From: a virus
Taxonomy: Duplodnaviria; Caudoviricetes
Direction: 5' to 3' (one strand)
IMG/VR virus record: IMGVR_UViG_3300029305_003178
Span: 64,001-128,000 of that record
Length of the DNA stretch: 64,000 nucleotides
Of the stretch, positions 52,529-62,818 are shown in pieces; position 1 is the stretch's first letter; each line of letters opens with the position of its first letter. Under the pieces are notes generated by a model. The model was not told where the DNA came from. It did no database searches and was given only the letters and a program-made list of their open reading frames with translations. The translations under genes were made by a program, and so were the position numbers.

Positions 52529-52798
52529 TTATAAATCTAAATTATCAAGATTAAATTGGTGTTGCTTTTGTTCTTCCAACAAACGTTTCTCCCTAACTTC
52601 TTTCATTAATAAAGCTTCTTTATATGATAAATTATATTTTAAATCATCCATTGTTATCTGACCTTTATATAGATTCAGCATTTGATCCATGAAACTATAA
52701 AAGGATTTTATTCGCTCATCGCTTCTAACGCTTGTCGATATTTGTGGAAAAGCAAGCTTTCGATATCGAATGTATAAGTTTCTGTGAAGTGACCACAT
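52529..52798 (-). CDS. Small baseplate/tail chaperone-like ORF (ATG at 52690, or a -1 frameshift extension of the upstream gene)
   Basis: ITMDDLKYNLSYKEALLM; no RBS before the ATG; frame is open through the upstream gene end. Confidence 0.5.
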   Translation of the reverse strand: MWSLHRNLYIRYRKLAFPQISTSVRSDERIKSFYSFMDQMLNLYKGQITMDDLKYNLSYKEALLMKEVREKRLLEEQKQHQFNLDNLDL

Positions 52799-54315
52799 TT
52801 AGGACATCTAATATTCATGAAACCAAATTCAATATCCATATCTTCAAGCATATCTTCAGTAAATTTAGTGATAACTCTAATATCAATATCACTCAGATTA
52901 TAAATAACCTCAATGATTTCCATTGTAGTATCAATTTCAAAGTATGTTCCAGGTTCATCATCATCAGGAATATACATAGTTCTTACCAGTGTAGACATAA
53001 TTGCGGCTGCACCATATTTATCATCTTTAAGATTTGTCAGATCTTTAATAGATTTATTAACTAAATCATATGCAGACTGTACATAAATCTCAACAATAAT
53101 TTCAGATGCAGGAAGTTTGATCTTCTTAACTGTATTAACCAGTGCCTGTTCATGAACTTCTTTAGCATCTGCTTCATTGATAGAAGCATCTGCTGCTACC
53201 ATAATAGCATCTTTAAGTTTGTCAGACATATTTTCTACACGAATAAGAGATTTTGTAGAATAAGAATGTTTAAATTCTGTTTTACAATGTTCACATTTCA
53301 GAGGAATTGTATCATCATCAGGATATGTAGAACACAGAATACCATAGATTAATGTATTATAATCAGCGGATGCTGTACTGTGCATGAATGTGTTAAAATC
53401 CATTTCACCAATACTAGCACTCTGGATTTTGCTATGAAGCAAGCTCCATTTCATCTGTGCACTTCTTACTCTGTCTTCATCGTTATTAGCCAAGTTTGCT
53501 AATTCATAAGCAGAGCAACCCATCATATTAGCTGTATAACCAGATACAGGCAATACAACAGGAGTTACAATACCTTTATCAATATGGCGTTTAATAATAT
53601 TTCTAAGTTCTGATTTCTTTTTAACTTTCTTTGTTTTAATTGTATTCAGTTCAACTGTCTCAATTTCTTCCAATTTAATCTTCTTTACAGTTTCAAGTTT
53701 TTCTCTTTCTTCATCTGTAAAGTTAATTGTCTGACCAAAACCAGTTTTATCAATAAGAATTACTGCTTCATCATATTTAGCATCAAATTCTTTTTTTCTT
53801 TCATCATCATTTTCTGTTCTTACGATAATGTCATCTTCTTCAGCCTGTGTGATTTCATTTTCTTCAACGATTTCATCATGCTGTTCTTTAAGAATGTCAA
53901 TCTCTTCATCCATCTGTGCAAGATAATCATCAATAGAAGATCTACTTTCAGGTGTAATATAACCAGTATTCTGAGGAACAGCCTCATCCAGATTATTAGT
54001 TAATTCATCCTGTGAAATAACTAAGCCGGGGCCTGTATATCTAGATGGAGTATCATTAGGCTCAACTGGAGGAACCCATTCTTCAGGTGTATAAATCAGT
54101 TCAGTTTCAGGAACTGTAGATGTTGGTTCATAGTAATGCTCTACTGTATTTTTGTTGATTGGTGTATTTTGATGCAGCCAATCAGATCCAATTGGAGCTG
54201 TATCTGCATCAGATACATCGGAAGATGTAGCTGGAGTAGGCATAACGGGAGCCTGTTTTTGTGCTTCCATTAGGCGTCTAACTTCATCAAAATTAATATT
54301 ATTATTATTGCTCAT
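52708..54315 (-). CDS. Baseplate hub/tail assembly chaperone-like protein (T4 gp26-like C-terminal half)
   Basis: Disordered acidic N-terminus; DYNTLIYGIL..TY, CEHC, LPASE, CPKCG. Confidence 0.55.
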   Translation of the reverse strand: MSNNNNINFDEVRRLMEAQKQAPVMPTPATSSDVSDADTAPIGSDWLHQNTPINKNTVEHYYEPTSTVPETELIYTPEEWVPPVEPNDTPSRYTGPGLVISQDELTNNLDEAVPQNTGYITPESRSSIDDYLAQMDEEIDILKEQHDEIVEENEITQAEEDDIIVRTENDDERKKEFDAKYDEAVILIDKTGFGQTINFTDEEREKLETVKKIKLEEIETVELNTIKTKKVKKKSELRNIIKRHIDKGIVTPVVLPVSGYTANMMGCSAYELANLANNDEDRVRSAQMKWSLLHSKIQSASIGEMDFNTFMHSTASADYNTLIYGILCSTYPDDDTIPLKCEHCKTEFKHSYSTKSLIRVENMSDKLKDAIMVAADASINEADAKEVHEQALVNTVKKIKLPASEIIVEIYVQSAYDLVNKSIKDLTNLKDDKYGAAAIMSTLVRTMYIPDDDEPGTYFEIDTTMEIIEVIYNLSDIDIRVITKFTEDMLEDMDIEFGFMNIRCPKCGHFTETYTFDIESLLFHKYRQALEAMSE

Positions 54316-54328
54316 TATTATTTACCCC

Positions 54329-54754
54329 CTAGGAATTTTTAACCAGATTAATCAATGAATAATCTGCTGTAACCTTATCTTTATCTTTTTTAAACCCTAT
54401 AGTTATATCAGTATTAGATGATCCTGTTCTTAAAGGAATATTCAATACTAATAATGGTTGTTCTTCATATTCGATAACAGCCATAAACATATTAGCTATA
54501 TCGATATAATTTGTTAATGGTGAACACTGTGCACGGATTTCAGTTAAAATATCACTAGTATCCAGTTCAGTGTCAAATTTATATAAATATTTATTTATAT
54601 CTATACCAACGTGTGGCATTCCAGGCAATTGCCCAGGTCTTAAAAAAAGAATATTAATTATCATCTGTGCGATAGTTTCATCCAGTGATAACATTTTTTG
54701 GTTTTTAAAATTATCTAAACCAAAATTTAGTTCTCGCTTAACATTTACTGCCAA
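54329..54754 (-). CDS. Baseplate wedge protein (T4 gp25-like)
   Basis: IINILFLRPGQLPGMPHVGIDINKYLY matches the gp25 pattern. Confidence 0.7.
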   Translation of the reverse strand: MAVNVKRELNFGLDNFKNQKMLSLDETIAQMIINILFLRPGQLPGMPHVGIDINKYLYKFDTELDTSDILTEIRAQCSPLTNYIDIANMFMAVIEYEEQPLLVLNIPLRTGSSNTDITIGFKKDKDKVTADYSLINLVKNS

Positions 54755-54878
54755 TCACTATCACCTACTTTAGTTATTATTTTTAAATATATGTGTTTTC
54801 AGTAATATTAAATTTCCATATAAATTCTTTATGTAAACATTATCTTAATAATGAATAATATGAAAGGGTGATACACAC

Positions 54879-55709
54879 ATGGTTAAAAACGAAGTTGCTG
54901 CGTATTTAATTATGGAAAATACCACAGATCCAGTTAAACCTAAAAATATTCAGGTATTTGATAAGAATAACCTGTTTTATCTTAGATTTGATACAGTATT
55001 GCAGACATTCAATACTAAAAATAGAAACGGTAGAATTTATGCTGGTAATGCTATGATTCCCTCATTACAGGCAGAACACTTACAAGAATTAATGAGAAAA
55101 AAATCTTGGTTCGGCGAAGCTGGTCATCCCTCTACAGACGACATTAAACGTATCTTAACTATTGACCCTAAACTTATGTCCCATAAGATGGTTAATATTG
55201 ATGTTAATAGTAATATGTGTAGAGGTACTATTGAAACATTAGATGATGATGCGTATGGTCGTATGATGACAAAAGCAATTCTTCAGGGTATGGAACCAGC
55301 ATTCTCATTAAGAGCATTAGCATCTTTAGTTAAAAAACCTAATGGTGATCAGGTTGTTCAGTCTAAAGCTCATGTTGTTACTTATGACTGGGTAATTCTT
55401 CCTAGCCATAAAGAAGCTTATAGAGATGAAAGTAAACCTATTCAGAAAATTGTAACACAGATTGGTGTTGATGGTAATACAGTTAAAGAATCGATGTTAC
55501 CAGTACATGAATCTATGATTAAAGAATTAGTTTCTTACGAATCCAAAAATGTTAAACTGATTTCTAATGTCTGTGAAGTAGCATTAGAATCTATGCAGTT
55601 ATCTGAGGATCTTAGAAATGTGGTTCTTAAAGAAGGTAATCGAACATATATCGTTCCTCTGGAAGAAAAAATTAAACATGATATCCATCACTATATGAGA
55701 GGTTTATAA
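54879..55709 (+). CDS. Prohead maturation protease (T4 gp21/phiKZ gp175-like)
   Basis: NRNGRIY, GEAGHP, FSLRA, TYDWVILPSHKEAY; late motif at 54836. Confidence 0.88.
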   Translation: MVKNEVAAYLIMENTTDPVKPKNIQVFDKNNLFYLRFDTVLQTFNTKNRNGRIYAGNAMIPSLQAEHLQELMRKKSWFGEAGHPSTDDIKRILTIDPKLMSHKMVNIDVNSNMCRGTIETLDDDAYGRMMTKAILQGMEPAFSLRALASLVKKPNGDQVVQSKAHVVTYDWVILPSHKEAYRDESKPIQKIVTQIGVDGNTVKESMLPVHESMIKELVSYESKNVKLISNVCEVALESMQLSEDLRNVVLKEGNRTYIVPLEEKIKHDIHHYMRGL

Positions 55710-55758
55710 TAACAAAAAAAGACAGTAGAGAATTTTCTCTACTGTCTTGATTTATTTG

Positions 55759-56145
55759 TTACAACAAATATTCATGAAGCAACTTGATAGTTTCCCGATC
55801 TTTATCTCTATTCATAGACTTATAAAGTTCAAGAAGCTCGGACGCTTTCTCAACGTTGATACCGTAAACCCTATTAGTATTTCTACTTTCAGTTTCGTAG
55901 AATTCGATAAGTCCTGTTGAGACCAAATTGTACTTTTTACCACCTAATGGTGTTGTTTCTGGCTTGATACCGAGATGTTCTAAATGTTCAGACACTTCTT
56001 TTGTACCACAGATATCCAGATCTCGACAGCTGTCAACGATACCATATAAAACCATAGCAGCTTTATAGGATACCCACCAACAGTTTTTTGGAAGCACACC
56101 ATTTAAATCATCACATAAGTTAATGATATCTCTTTTTGTATACAT
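55759..56145 (-). CDS. Nucleotidyltransferase-fold protein
   Basis: AAMVLYGIVDSCRDLDI...RDKD. Confidence 0.6.
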   Translation of the reverse strand: MYTKRDIINLCDDLNGVLPKNCWWVSYKAAMVLYGIVDSCRDLDICGTKEVSEHLEHLGIKPETTPLGGKKYNLVSTGLIEFYETESRNTNRVYGINVEKASELLELYKSMNRDKDRETIKLLHEYLL

Positions 56146-56267
56146 AAATATCCCTCCTGTAAAATTATATTATGTTTTTATATATCACTATAATAATATA
56201 TAAATATACTAAATTAAAATACGAAAAAAAAGAAGTGTATAGAAGCTGGCCTATACACTTCTTAAAT

Positions 56268-56570
56268 TTATTTTCTAATCTTTTTATAAATTTCCATGCT
56301 GATAGTAGGACTAAGATTATTATTGGAGAAACTTTCAAATACTGTTACTGTAATTATCGGTCTACCATTAATAATATACATACCAATAGTCATATCATCA
56401 TTTTCCCATTTAATATTATTATTAAGTAAATCTGCATGCTCTCTAGATAATACTAAGCAACATTTATTAATGATATCCATTTCTTTGCCGGAAACTTTTT
56501 TATAATTTTCTTTAGTAGTCTTAATAGAATGGTTTATCTTATTTATAAGATATTCTCTTTCAAAATTCAA
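56268..56570 (-). CDS. Hypothetical protein
   Basis: ORF with GGGTGA RBS. Confidence 0.5.
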   Translation of the reverse strand: MNFEREYLINKINHSIKTTKENYKKVSGKEMDIINKCCLVLSREHADLLNNNIKWENDDMTIGMYIINGRPIITVTVFESFSNNNLSPTISMEIYKKIRK

Positions 56571-56722
56571 AATTTATCACCCTTTACAAGTCTTACTCTA
56601 GTACGTTTTTGACGCTTGGTCACCTTTCCTCTAGGAGATCTATTTTCCCAAGCTTCTTTAAATTTTTGATCGTTATCACATCTTTTTTTAATATGATCTT
56701 TTATACTAATATAATTAGTCAT
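56567..56722 (-). CDS. Small basic protein
   Basis: Overlaps neighbouring stop/start codons. Confidence 0.45.
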   Translation of the reverse strand: MTNYISIKDHIKKRCDNDQKFKEAWENRSPRGKVTKRQKRTRVRLVKGDKF

Positions 56723-58076
56723 CTTCATACATATCATCCTCATTATACTCATCAAATCTTCTAGTATTTAAAGACTGTTTATATTTATTATGAGATTCTG
56801 TATGTTTTTCTTTACTATCCATAAGAAGTTTGCTACATGTTTTTACAGCTTCCTCAATAGTTTTAGAAGACTCAAGATCCTTAACTAATTCCATCTTTAC
56901 AGAAAGAATCAATTCTTTAAGATTCGCCATAGACATGTTTTCACTATATTTAGTAAACATATCAATCACATTTAATGTATTTTCAGGATCATCGGAAAGT
57001 CTAAACTCTTTAAGAATTTCGCTCACATTATGATTTTCAAAATACATTTTACGAACTTTCTCAGATGGATTACCAATTTCAAAAGTTCGATCGAATCTAC
57101 CGGATCTATTCATAAATGCAGGGTCAATTTTATCAGGATAGTTTGTAGAGCCGATAAAATAGATACCGGATTTACTATCTACACCATCAAGGATATTAAG
57201 AAATTCAGATCTGTTATAAGATGTGATTAAAGAATCAATATCTTCAATAACAATAATAGCTTCTTTGCCATCCAGTTTATCTACTAAAGAAGATAAAATT
57301 TCTGTAACATTTCTTGTTCCAGGACTGATAATAATTTTAATAATCTTTTTAGGAAGAACACGAATGATTTCTCTAATCATTGCAGACTTACCATTACCAG
57401 GATCACCATAGATGATAATACCTCTTTTATAAGGAATATCAATTGTTTTATACATCTTCTTAGTTTCTTTAGTAAAGAACAATTCGATATCACTCATTAC
57501 AGTATAAATCTGAGATTCTTTATCGAAAATAAGATTCTCATTTTTAACTTTCTTTTTAATTACATCTACAGGGGGACCTTCAGATCTTCTTTTAACAGAT
57601 GGAATAATCTCAAAATACTGATTCTTTTCTGTTGGTTTAAACTCAACTGATGAAAACATATTAACCGCATCCTCAAACTGAATATAATTCTTTGCCTTAG
57701 TGATAAACTTTTTAAAATTATCCTGAGATACAATAAACATACAATGATATGAACCATAGGACGTTCCAGTATAAACTACAATAGAATTAATTTTTTCAGA
57801 AATAGCTACTTTCTGGAAATAATCCATATCAGTTGGAATATCAGTCTCACTATACTGATCAGGCTTAGGAAAATATCCAGGATAATCATCCATACTACCA
57901 ATATTTTTAAATTTGAATTCTTTCAGAATATTTGCTAATACTTCTTTAGAATAAATATAGATATTGATCTTTGCAGAATTTTCTTCATACACACCAATAT
58001 CATAATCCATACATAGACGTTCGTCTACTAATTCAAACATCCCATTTATGATTGCGGGAGATGCGACATTTAACAT
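56715..58076 (-). CDS. AAA+ ATPase
   Basis: YKRGIIIYGDPGNGKS, IVIEDID, FLNILDG, STNYP, RSGRFD. Confidence 0.9.
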   Translation of the reverse strand: MLNVASPAIINGMFELVDERLCMDYDIGVYEENSAKINIYIYSKEVLANILKEFKFKNIGSMDDYPGYFPKPDQYSETDIPTDMDYFQKVAISEKINSIVVYTGTSYGSYHCMFIVSQDNFKKFITKAKNYIQFEDAVNMFSSVEFKPTEKNQYFEIIPSVKRRSEGPPVDVIKKKVKNENLIFDKESQIYTVMSDIELFFTKETKKMYKTIDIPYKRGIIIYGDPGNGKSAMIREIIRVLPKKIIKIIISPGTRNVTEILSSLVDKLDGKEAIIVIEDIDSLITSYNRSEFLNILDGVDSKSGIYFIGSTNYPDKIDPAFMNRSGRFDRTFEIGNPSEKVRKMYFENHNVSEILKEFRLSDDPENTLNVIDMFTKYSENMSMANLKELILSVKMELVKDLESSKTIEEAVKTCSKLLMDSKEKHTESHNKYKQSLNTRRFDEYNEDDMYEDD

Positions 58077-58200
58077 AAAAATCCTTCCTTTCATAATCAA
58101 TTAATGATTTAACATTATGTCAAACCAATAATATATATTTATTTTTATGATTAGATTGCTATAAAAACATTATAGTAAATCTAAGAGAGGTGATTTATAA

Positions 58201-58926
58201 ATGAATATATCACAGTTATTAACATCCATTAAAATGGATCTTGGTATATATGCATTAAGACTTCCATTTGATAATTCAGATACACAATTAATGGAAGTTA
58301 TTAAATTAAAAACATTAAAAACATTCAGTGCGTTCTATCCACAGGTTACTACTATTTCAGTAGACTTAGCAACTGATTTAGAGGCAATAAAAGAAGAATA
58401 CACTGAATCATGTTATGTATTACCGGATTGGTTTGGTGGTAGAGAAATCATGTGGATCAATAATATTACTCCAAAAAGTAAATTATTGGGTAATGGTTAT
58501 ATTGCTCCAGTATTTGATGGTAGTGCAGAAACTTATAATATGATGATGATGACACAGGCAAATGCTAACTTAGCGTCTGTTGCTGCACCTCCAATCACAT
58601 TTAAATTTGAAGCACCTAATAAATTATATTTATATAATATGGCAACAGCATATGGTAAAATAGATTTAGAAATAGCTGTGGCACATGCTGATAATTTATC
58701 TACTATCCCAAATACAGCTTGGGAAACATTTTATGAATTGGCATTATTGGATATTAAACGATTCTTGTATAATGCTATGAAACACTATACAGATATTCAG
58801 ACAGCATACGGCACAATTCAACTTAAAATAGATGATTGGCAATCCGCTGAATCTGAAAGAAAAGAACTTATTGAAAGACTTAGAGATATTTATCATCTTG
58901 AAGTCACACCACTGTTTATTATTTAA
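58201..58926 (+). CDS. Probable virion neck/head-completion protein
   Basis: Late motif at 58166; layout resembles neck proteins (inference). Confidence 0.5.
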   Translation: MNISQLLTSIKMDLGIYALRLPFDNSDTQLMEVIKLKTLKTFSAFYPQVTTISVDLATDLEAIKEEYTESCYVLPDWFGGREIMWINNITPKSKLLGNGYIAPVFDGSAETYNMMMMTQANANLASVAAPPITFKFEAPNKLYLYNMATAYGKIDLEIAVAHADNLSTIPNTAWETFYELALLDIKRFLYNAMKHYTDIQTAYGTIQLKIDDWQSAESERKELIERLRDIYHLEVTPLFII

Positions 58927-58941
58927 GGGGGTATATTATTT

Positions 58942-59388
58942 ATGGGAGATTTACAACATTTATATTCAGAACTTATTCTTGTGCATCATAATTTAAGAAT
59001 GTTGCATTGGAATGTGTATGGTGAAGGATTCGATAAAGCTCATGAAAAATTCGATGATTATACCAAAAAAATTAATGAATTTATTGATGAAATTGCTGAA
59101 ATAATGAAAATTGAATCAATTGAACCATTAGATTTATTATCTGCATTAAAATTATTAGATGATGATGAACACACTGATATAGTATATATCAAAACAGGTG
59201 CTAGCTTTACATCATCAGCAGCATTTATTATATTGGGCGATATGTTTATGAGTTTATTGAATACATATAGATCTATATCTAATATGACATCCGATATTCA
59301 AGGAAAACTTGATGAGCATATGTATTATTTAAGATTAGAATTAAGATATAAAAATAATATGAGAACTGGCGGTCCAGATAAATTATAA
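58942..59388 (+). CDS. Dps/ferritin-like protein
   Basis: LHWNVYGEGFDKAHEKFDD...IDEIAE. Confidence 0.85.
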   Translation: MGDLQHLYSELILVHHNLRMLHWNVYGEGFDKAHEKFDDYTKKINEFIDEIAEIMKIESIEPLDLLSALKLLDDDEHTDIVYIKTGASFTSSAAFIILGDMFMSLLNTYRSISNMTSDIQGKLDEHMYYLRLELRYKNNMRTGGPDKL

Positions 59389-59390
59389 TA

Positions 59391-59430
59391 TAGAGAGAAT
59401 GACAATTGTCATTCTCTCTATTTTTTTTTT
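59391..59430. terminator. Terminator between convergent genes
   Basis: TAGAGAGAATGAC/GTCATTCTCTCTA hairpin plus T-run. Confidence 0.7.
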
Positions 59431-59782
59431 AAACTATTTCAACATCATCTTTATTAGCTACCAATACTACTAATTTTGCTAATTTAGTACCAGTTGGAAC
59501 TGTTCTATCACCTGCAGTATTTGTAACTGTGACCGTAATAACTTTTTTAGTAGATGCATCAACAATGTCATTATTTGTACATACTAAACTAGGGGCTTCA
59601 TCAGATGCTTTAATAAGACCAATAATACCTTGATCAAATTGTGGTATAACCCCAGTTGAAATTGTTGCTGTTTCTCCTTTATTCATATAAGTCGATTCTG
59701 CAGCATATAAATTAAGTGCGGCACACTCTTCTGTAGTATAGTCTGGTTTTCGCCCACCTCTTAGTTTAAATTTAATACTCAT
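59429..59782 (-). CDS. Degenerate trimeric dUTPase-fold protein
   Basis: Fold landmarks kept (AALNLYA, ISTG, GTKLAKL); motifs 2 and 3 altered, motif 5 absent. Confidence 0.7.
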   Translation of the reverse strand: MSIKFKLRGGRKPDYTTEECAALNLYAAESTYMNKGETATISTGVIPQFDQGIIGLIKASDEAPSLVCTNNDIVDASTKKVITVTVTNTAGDRTVPTGTKLAKLVVLVANKDDVEIV

Positions 59783-59784
59783 TA

Positions 59785-60282
59785 TTATTCACTACCTTTA
59801 TCAATATATTTTGATATATTTTTATAAAAATCGATAATACCTTTTGCCATAATATCACAAGAATTATTAAATGGATTATCTGCATGTCCTTTAACATGAT
59901 ATATATTAACATCATGAAATTCTATTAATTTAATAAATCTTTTCCATAAATCTTGATTTGCAACAGGTTCTTTATTGGAATTTAACCAACCATTTCTATT
60001 CCAATTAATATACCATTTTTGTTTAAAGCAATTTGCTACATATGCTGAATCTGTATACAAATCTATTTTCTGTTTACCAAAGAAATAAGAAAGTGCAGAA
60101 ATAACTGCACTTAACTCCATTCTCTGATTAGTTGTATTGGGTTCATATCCATTTAATGTTATGATATGATCTTTATCTCTAATTATTAATACAGACCATC
60201 CACCATCACCACCAGGATTAGATGTACAAGAACCATCTGTAAAAATAATTATTCTATCAGATACTTTTAATTTTCCGCTCAT
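59785..60282 (-). CDS. rnhA: Ribonuclease HI
   Basis: FTDGSC..NPG, TTNQRMEL, YTDSAY, NQDLW, HVKGH. Confidence 0.95.
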   Translation of the reverse strand: MSGKLKVSDRIIIFTDGSCTSNPGGDGGWSVLIIRDKDHIITLNGYEPNTTNQRMELSAVISALSYFFGKQKIDLYTDSAYVANCFKQKWYINWNRNGWLNSNKEPVANQDLWKRFIKLIEFHDVNIYHVKGHADNPFNNSCDIMAKGIIDFYKNISKYIDKGSE

Positions 60283-60295
60283 ATAAATCTCTCCA

Positions 60296-62242
60296 TTAAA
60301 TATTAATCATATTACTAAAATAATCTCTTTTACTATTACCTTCAATAATATCTGCACCAAGACTTTCAAGTACAGAATAATACTTACGAAGTATATTAAA
60401 TGTAATAGTTTCATAATCAATAAATGGAACTATCCATTCTGGAAGTTGTTCCATACCTTTAGGAATAGCTAAAATCTCTAATCCTTTACTAGCAATATCT
60501 TTATTAGGATTATCTAAAATATTAGCTTTAACTCTTTCATATATTTCAGGACTTAATCTTTTTAATCTTTCAAATTCACTTTCTGTCGTTAAAGTCAATT
60601 TGATTATATCTACTTTTGCAGGAAGATTAATTACAGCGTCTGGATAAATATAATTCCATGCAATAATACCTCTTACACCCTGCATTCTAAGAGGAAATGT
60701 ATATGCTTCCAATTCTTTTACTGATGTAGGTGTAACATATGTTTTCTCTCTACTACTTAAAGAATTAACAATATCATCTTCAAACTGCTCTAATTCATAC
60801 AATACATCAGAAATATCAATATCTTTTGATAATAACAATTTATCTCTTGATATATTTGTAAATCTTTTTTCAGTATCTTCTGTAACAGTGGACTTTTTGA
60901 AATCGTGGCCTTTTACTTCCATCTTTTCAGGATAAATTTCAGAACCTTCTCTAAGTCTAATTGATGCCATATATCTTTTCTTTTTAGAGGTTGCAATGAA
61001 TCTAGGGAAATAGAATTCATTTTTCATATTAATATAACTTCTATAATCTTTTGGAATATTTGCATCTTTCGTATACTTATTTAATACTGTTTTAATCATG
61101 TAAGTAATACAATATGCAGCTGTATTAACACAGATAAATCTTAATCTATCTTCCTCTTCTTGAGAATCAATAGAAATATCACAGTGAGTTATAACCTCGT
61201 CAAATAAGAATTCAACCCATTTACCAACATTAACAATATTTGAGTCAGTATCAATTGCTATAGTTGTCTGTCGTTTATCATTTTTCAATCTCTGAATTCT
61301 TTCAAATGGGCTATGATTATATAATACAAAGTCTTTATAATAATCCCATAATTCAGCTAAATACTCTTCAGATTCTTTAGGTACATTATTCGGATCTTTA
61401 AAGTCTTTTGTATGAATAAATATATTAGATAAAATATCTTTTATTTTAGGAAGAGAAGAAAATTCATAAATATTATTTTTATAATAAATTTTATTCAATT
61501 CTTCCTGAGATAAAGACCAAAGATAATTATAAATTACATCTGTATAAGAATCATTATAATCATAAAACATTTTCATTAATCTAACAAATACATCATCTAT
61601 AGATTTATTTTCTAAGAATTCTGTATCATGATGATACTTTTCATCTATGATATTATTTATAAATGTCATACATTCTGAAATAGAATTAAATTTGACATTA
61701 TTTGTCATAAATGCTTCAAATGCTTGTTGAGTTGTACTAATTAATGACTGACCAGAACTTGTTACGGATGGAGCGGTATATTTATTATATAAGAATGATG
61801 CAACCATACCAAGACAGCCATATATAGAGTTTGTATTTACTTTTTCTGAATTCTGTTTTCTATCTAATGTTTTATATTCATAAGATCTAGGATCATGAAA
61901 TTTTAATTGTCCTTTAAATGCTTTTCGTGATGTTAAAAATTTCATAATCATTTGAGCTAATGGATTATTAACTTCATGCTGATTTTTGAAAAATACACCA
62001 AACCCTGCACAAATAGGTTTGGTGGCTTTAATCCATTCAATAACATCTAATAGTGTAGATTTCATTTGTACCCCAATGTAGTCATTATCTATAACACATT
62101 TTGGATTATATAAATTTTCCTCGATAATTTTATCGAGGAATTCATTTATTTCTTTCTTACTAACATCTGGATAAGATGCTTTTAATATTTTTGCATTTTC
62201 TTTCTTCCATTGTTTTATGAATGTATATTTAGAATACTTCAT
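60296..62242 (-). CDS. Family B DNA polymerase, C-terminal subunit of a split enzyme
   Basis: Motif B KVNTNSIYG, motif C IDTDS, MKNE, KKRY, KGHDFKKS; no motif A or exonuclease domain. Confidence 0.9.
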   Translation of the reverse strand: MKYSKYTFIKQWKKENAKILKASYPDVSKKEINEFLDKIIEENLYNPKCVIDNDYIGVQMKSTLLDVIEWIKATKPICAGFGVFFKNQHEVNNPLAQMIMKFLTSRKAFKGQLKFHDPRSYEYKTLDRKQNSEKVNTNSIYGCLGMVASFLYNKYTAPSVTSSGQSLISTTQQAFEAFMTNNVKFNSISECMTFINNIIDEKYHHDTEFLENKSIDDVFVRLMKMFYDYNDSYTDVIYNYLWSLSQEELNKIYYKNNIYEFSSLPKIKDILSNIFIHTKDFKDPNNVPKESEEYLAELWDYYKDFVLYNHSPFERIQRLKNDKRQTTIAIDTDSNIVNVGKWVEFLFDEVITHCDISIDSQEEEDRLRFICVNTAAYCITYMIKTVLNKYTKDANIPKDYRSYINMKNEFYFPRFIATSKKKRYMASIRLREGSEIYPEKMEVKGHDFKKSTVTEDTEKRFTNISRDKLLLSKDIDISDVLYELEQFEDDIVNSLSSREKTYVTPTSVKELEAYTFPLRMQGVRGIIAWNYIYPDAVINLPAKVDIIKLTLTTESEFERLKRLSPEIYERVKANILDNPNKDIASKGLEILAIPKGMEQLPEWIVPFIDYETITFNILRKYYSVLESLGADIIEGNSKRDYFSNMINI

Positions 62243-62251
62243 TTAAACACC

Positions 62252-62680
62252 TCATCTTACTGATTTATATAAAATAATATCTTTTTCATAATCTCTAAAT
62301 GTTTCCATTATCATAGCATAAATACGATTCCAATTACCTTTATTTATTAAATTGCAACCAAAACCGTATGGTAATGCTATGGTCTTATTTGTTGTTTTTA
62401 CATAATTAAATAATTCTTGTATTTTATTGTAGTCGATTGTATTATCATTAATAACCAGACCGGCCACAATATTTTCTAATACAATATCTCCAGTAGTTGT
62501 CATATCGATAATCTCTGTATCAATATTATTATGACAAATACCTCTATATTTAATATAGAATTTAGGATAGTTCACTTTTAACCATGATAAATCCATCGGT
62601 AAATTACCATTTTTATCAACTGGTACACAAACTATATCCTCTTTATTTTTAATTAATGGTTTGAATGATATTCGTATCAT
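62252..62680 (-). CDS. Macro-domain-like protein (divergent)
   Basis: IALPYGFGCNLINKGNWNRIYAMI resembles the macro domain C-terminal motif. Confidence 0.55.
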   Translation of the reverse strand: MIRISFKPLIKNKEDIVCVPVDKNGNLPMDLSWLKVNYPKFYIKYRGICHNNIDTEIIDMTTTGDIVLENIVAGLVINDNTIDYNKIQELFNYVKTTNKTIALPYGFGCNLINKGNWNRIYAMIMETFRDYEKDIILYKSVR

Positions 62681-62818
62681 TTAAATCATCTCCTTATACT
62701 TTTAATCTTATAAATAATATATATTTATATGTTTTTTTGTTTATTATATTTTAGTTATACGAACAAATATATAAAAATCTGTAAATTAAAAATACTTTAT
62801 ATAAAGGAGTTGACTAAC

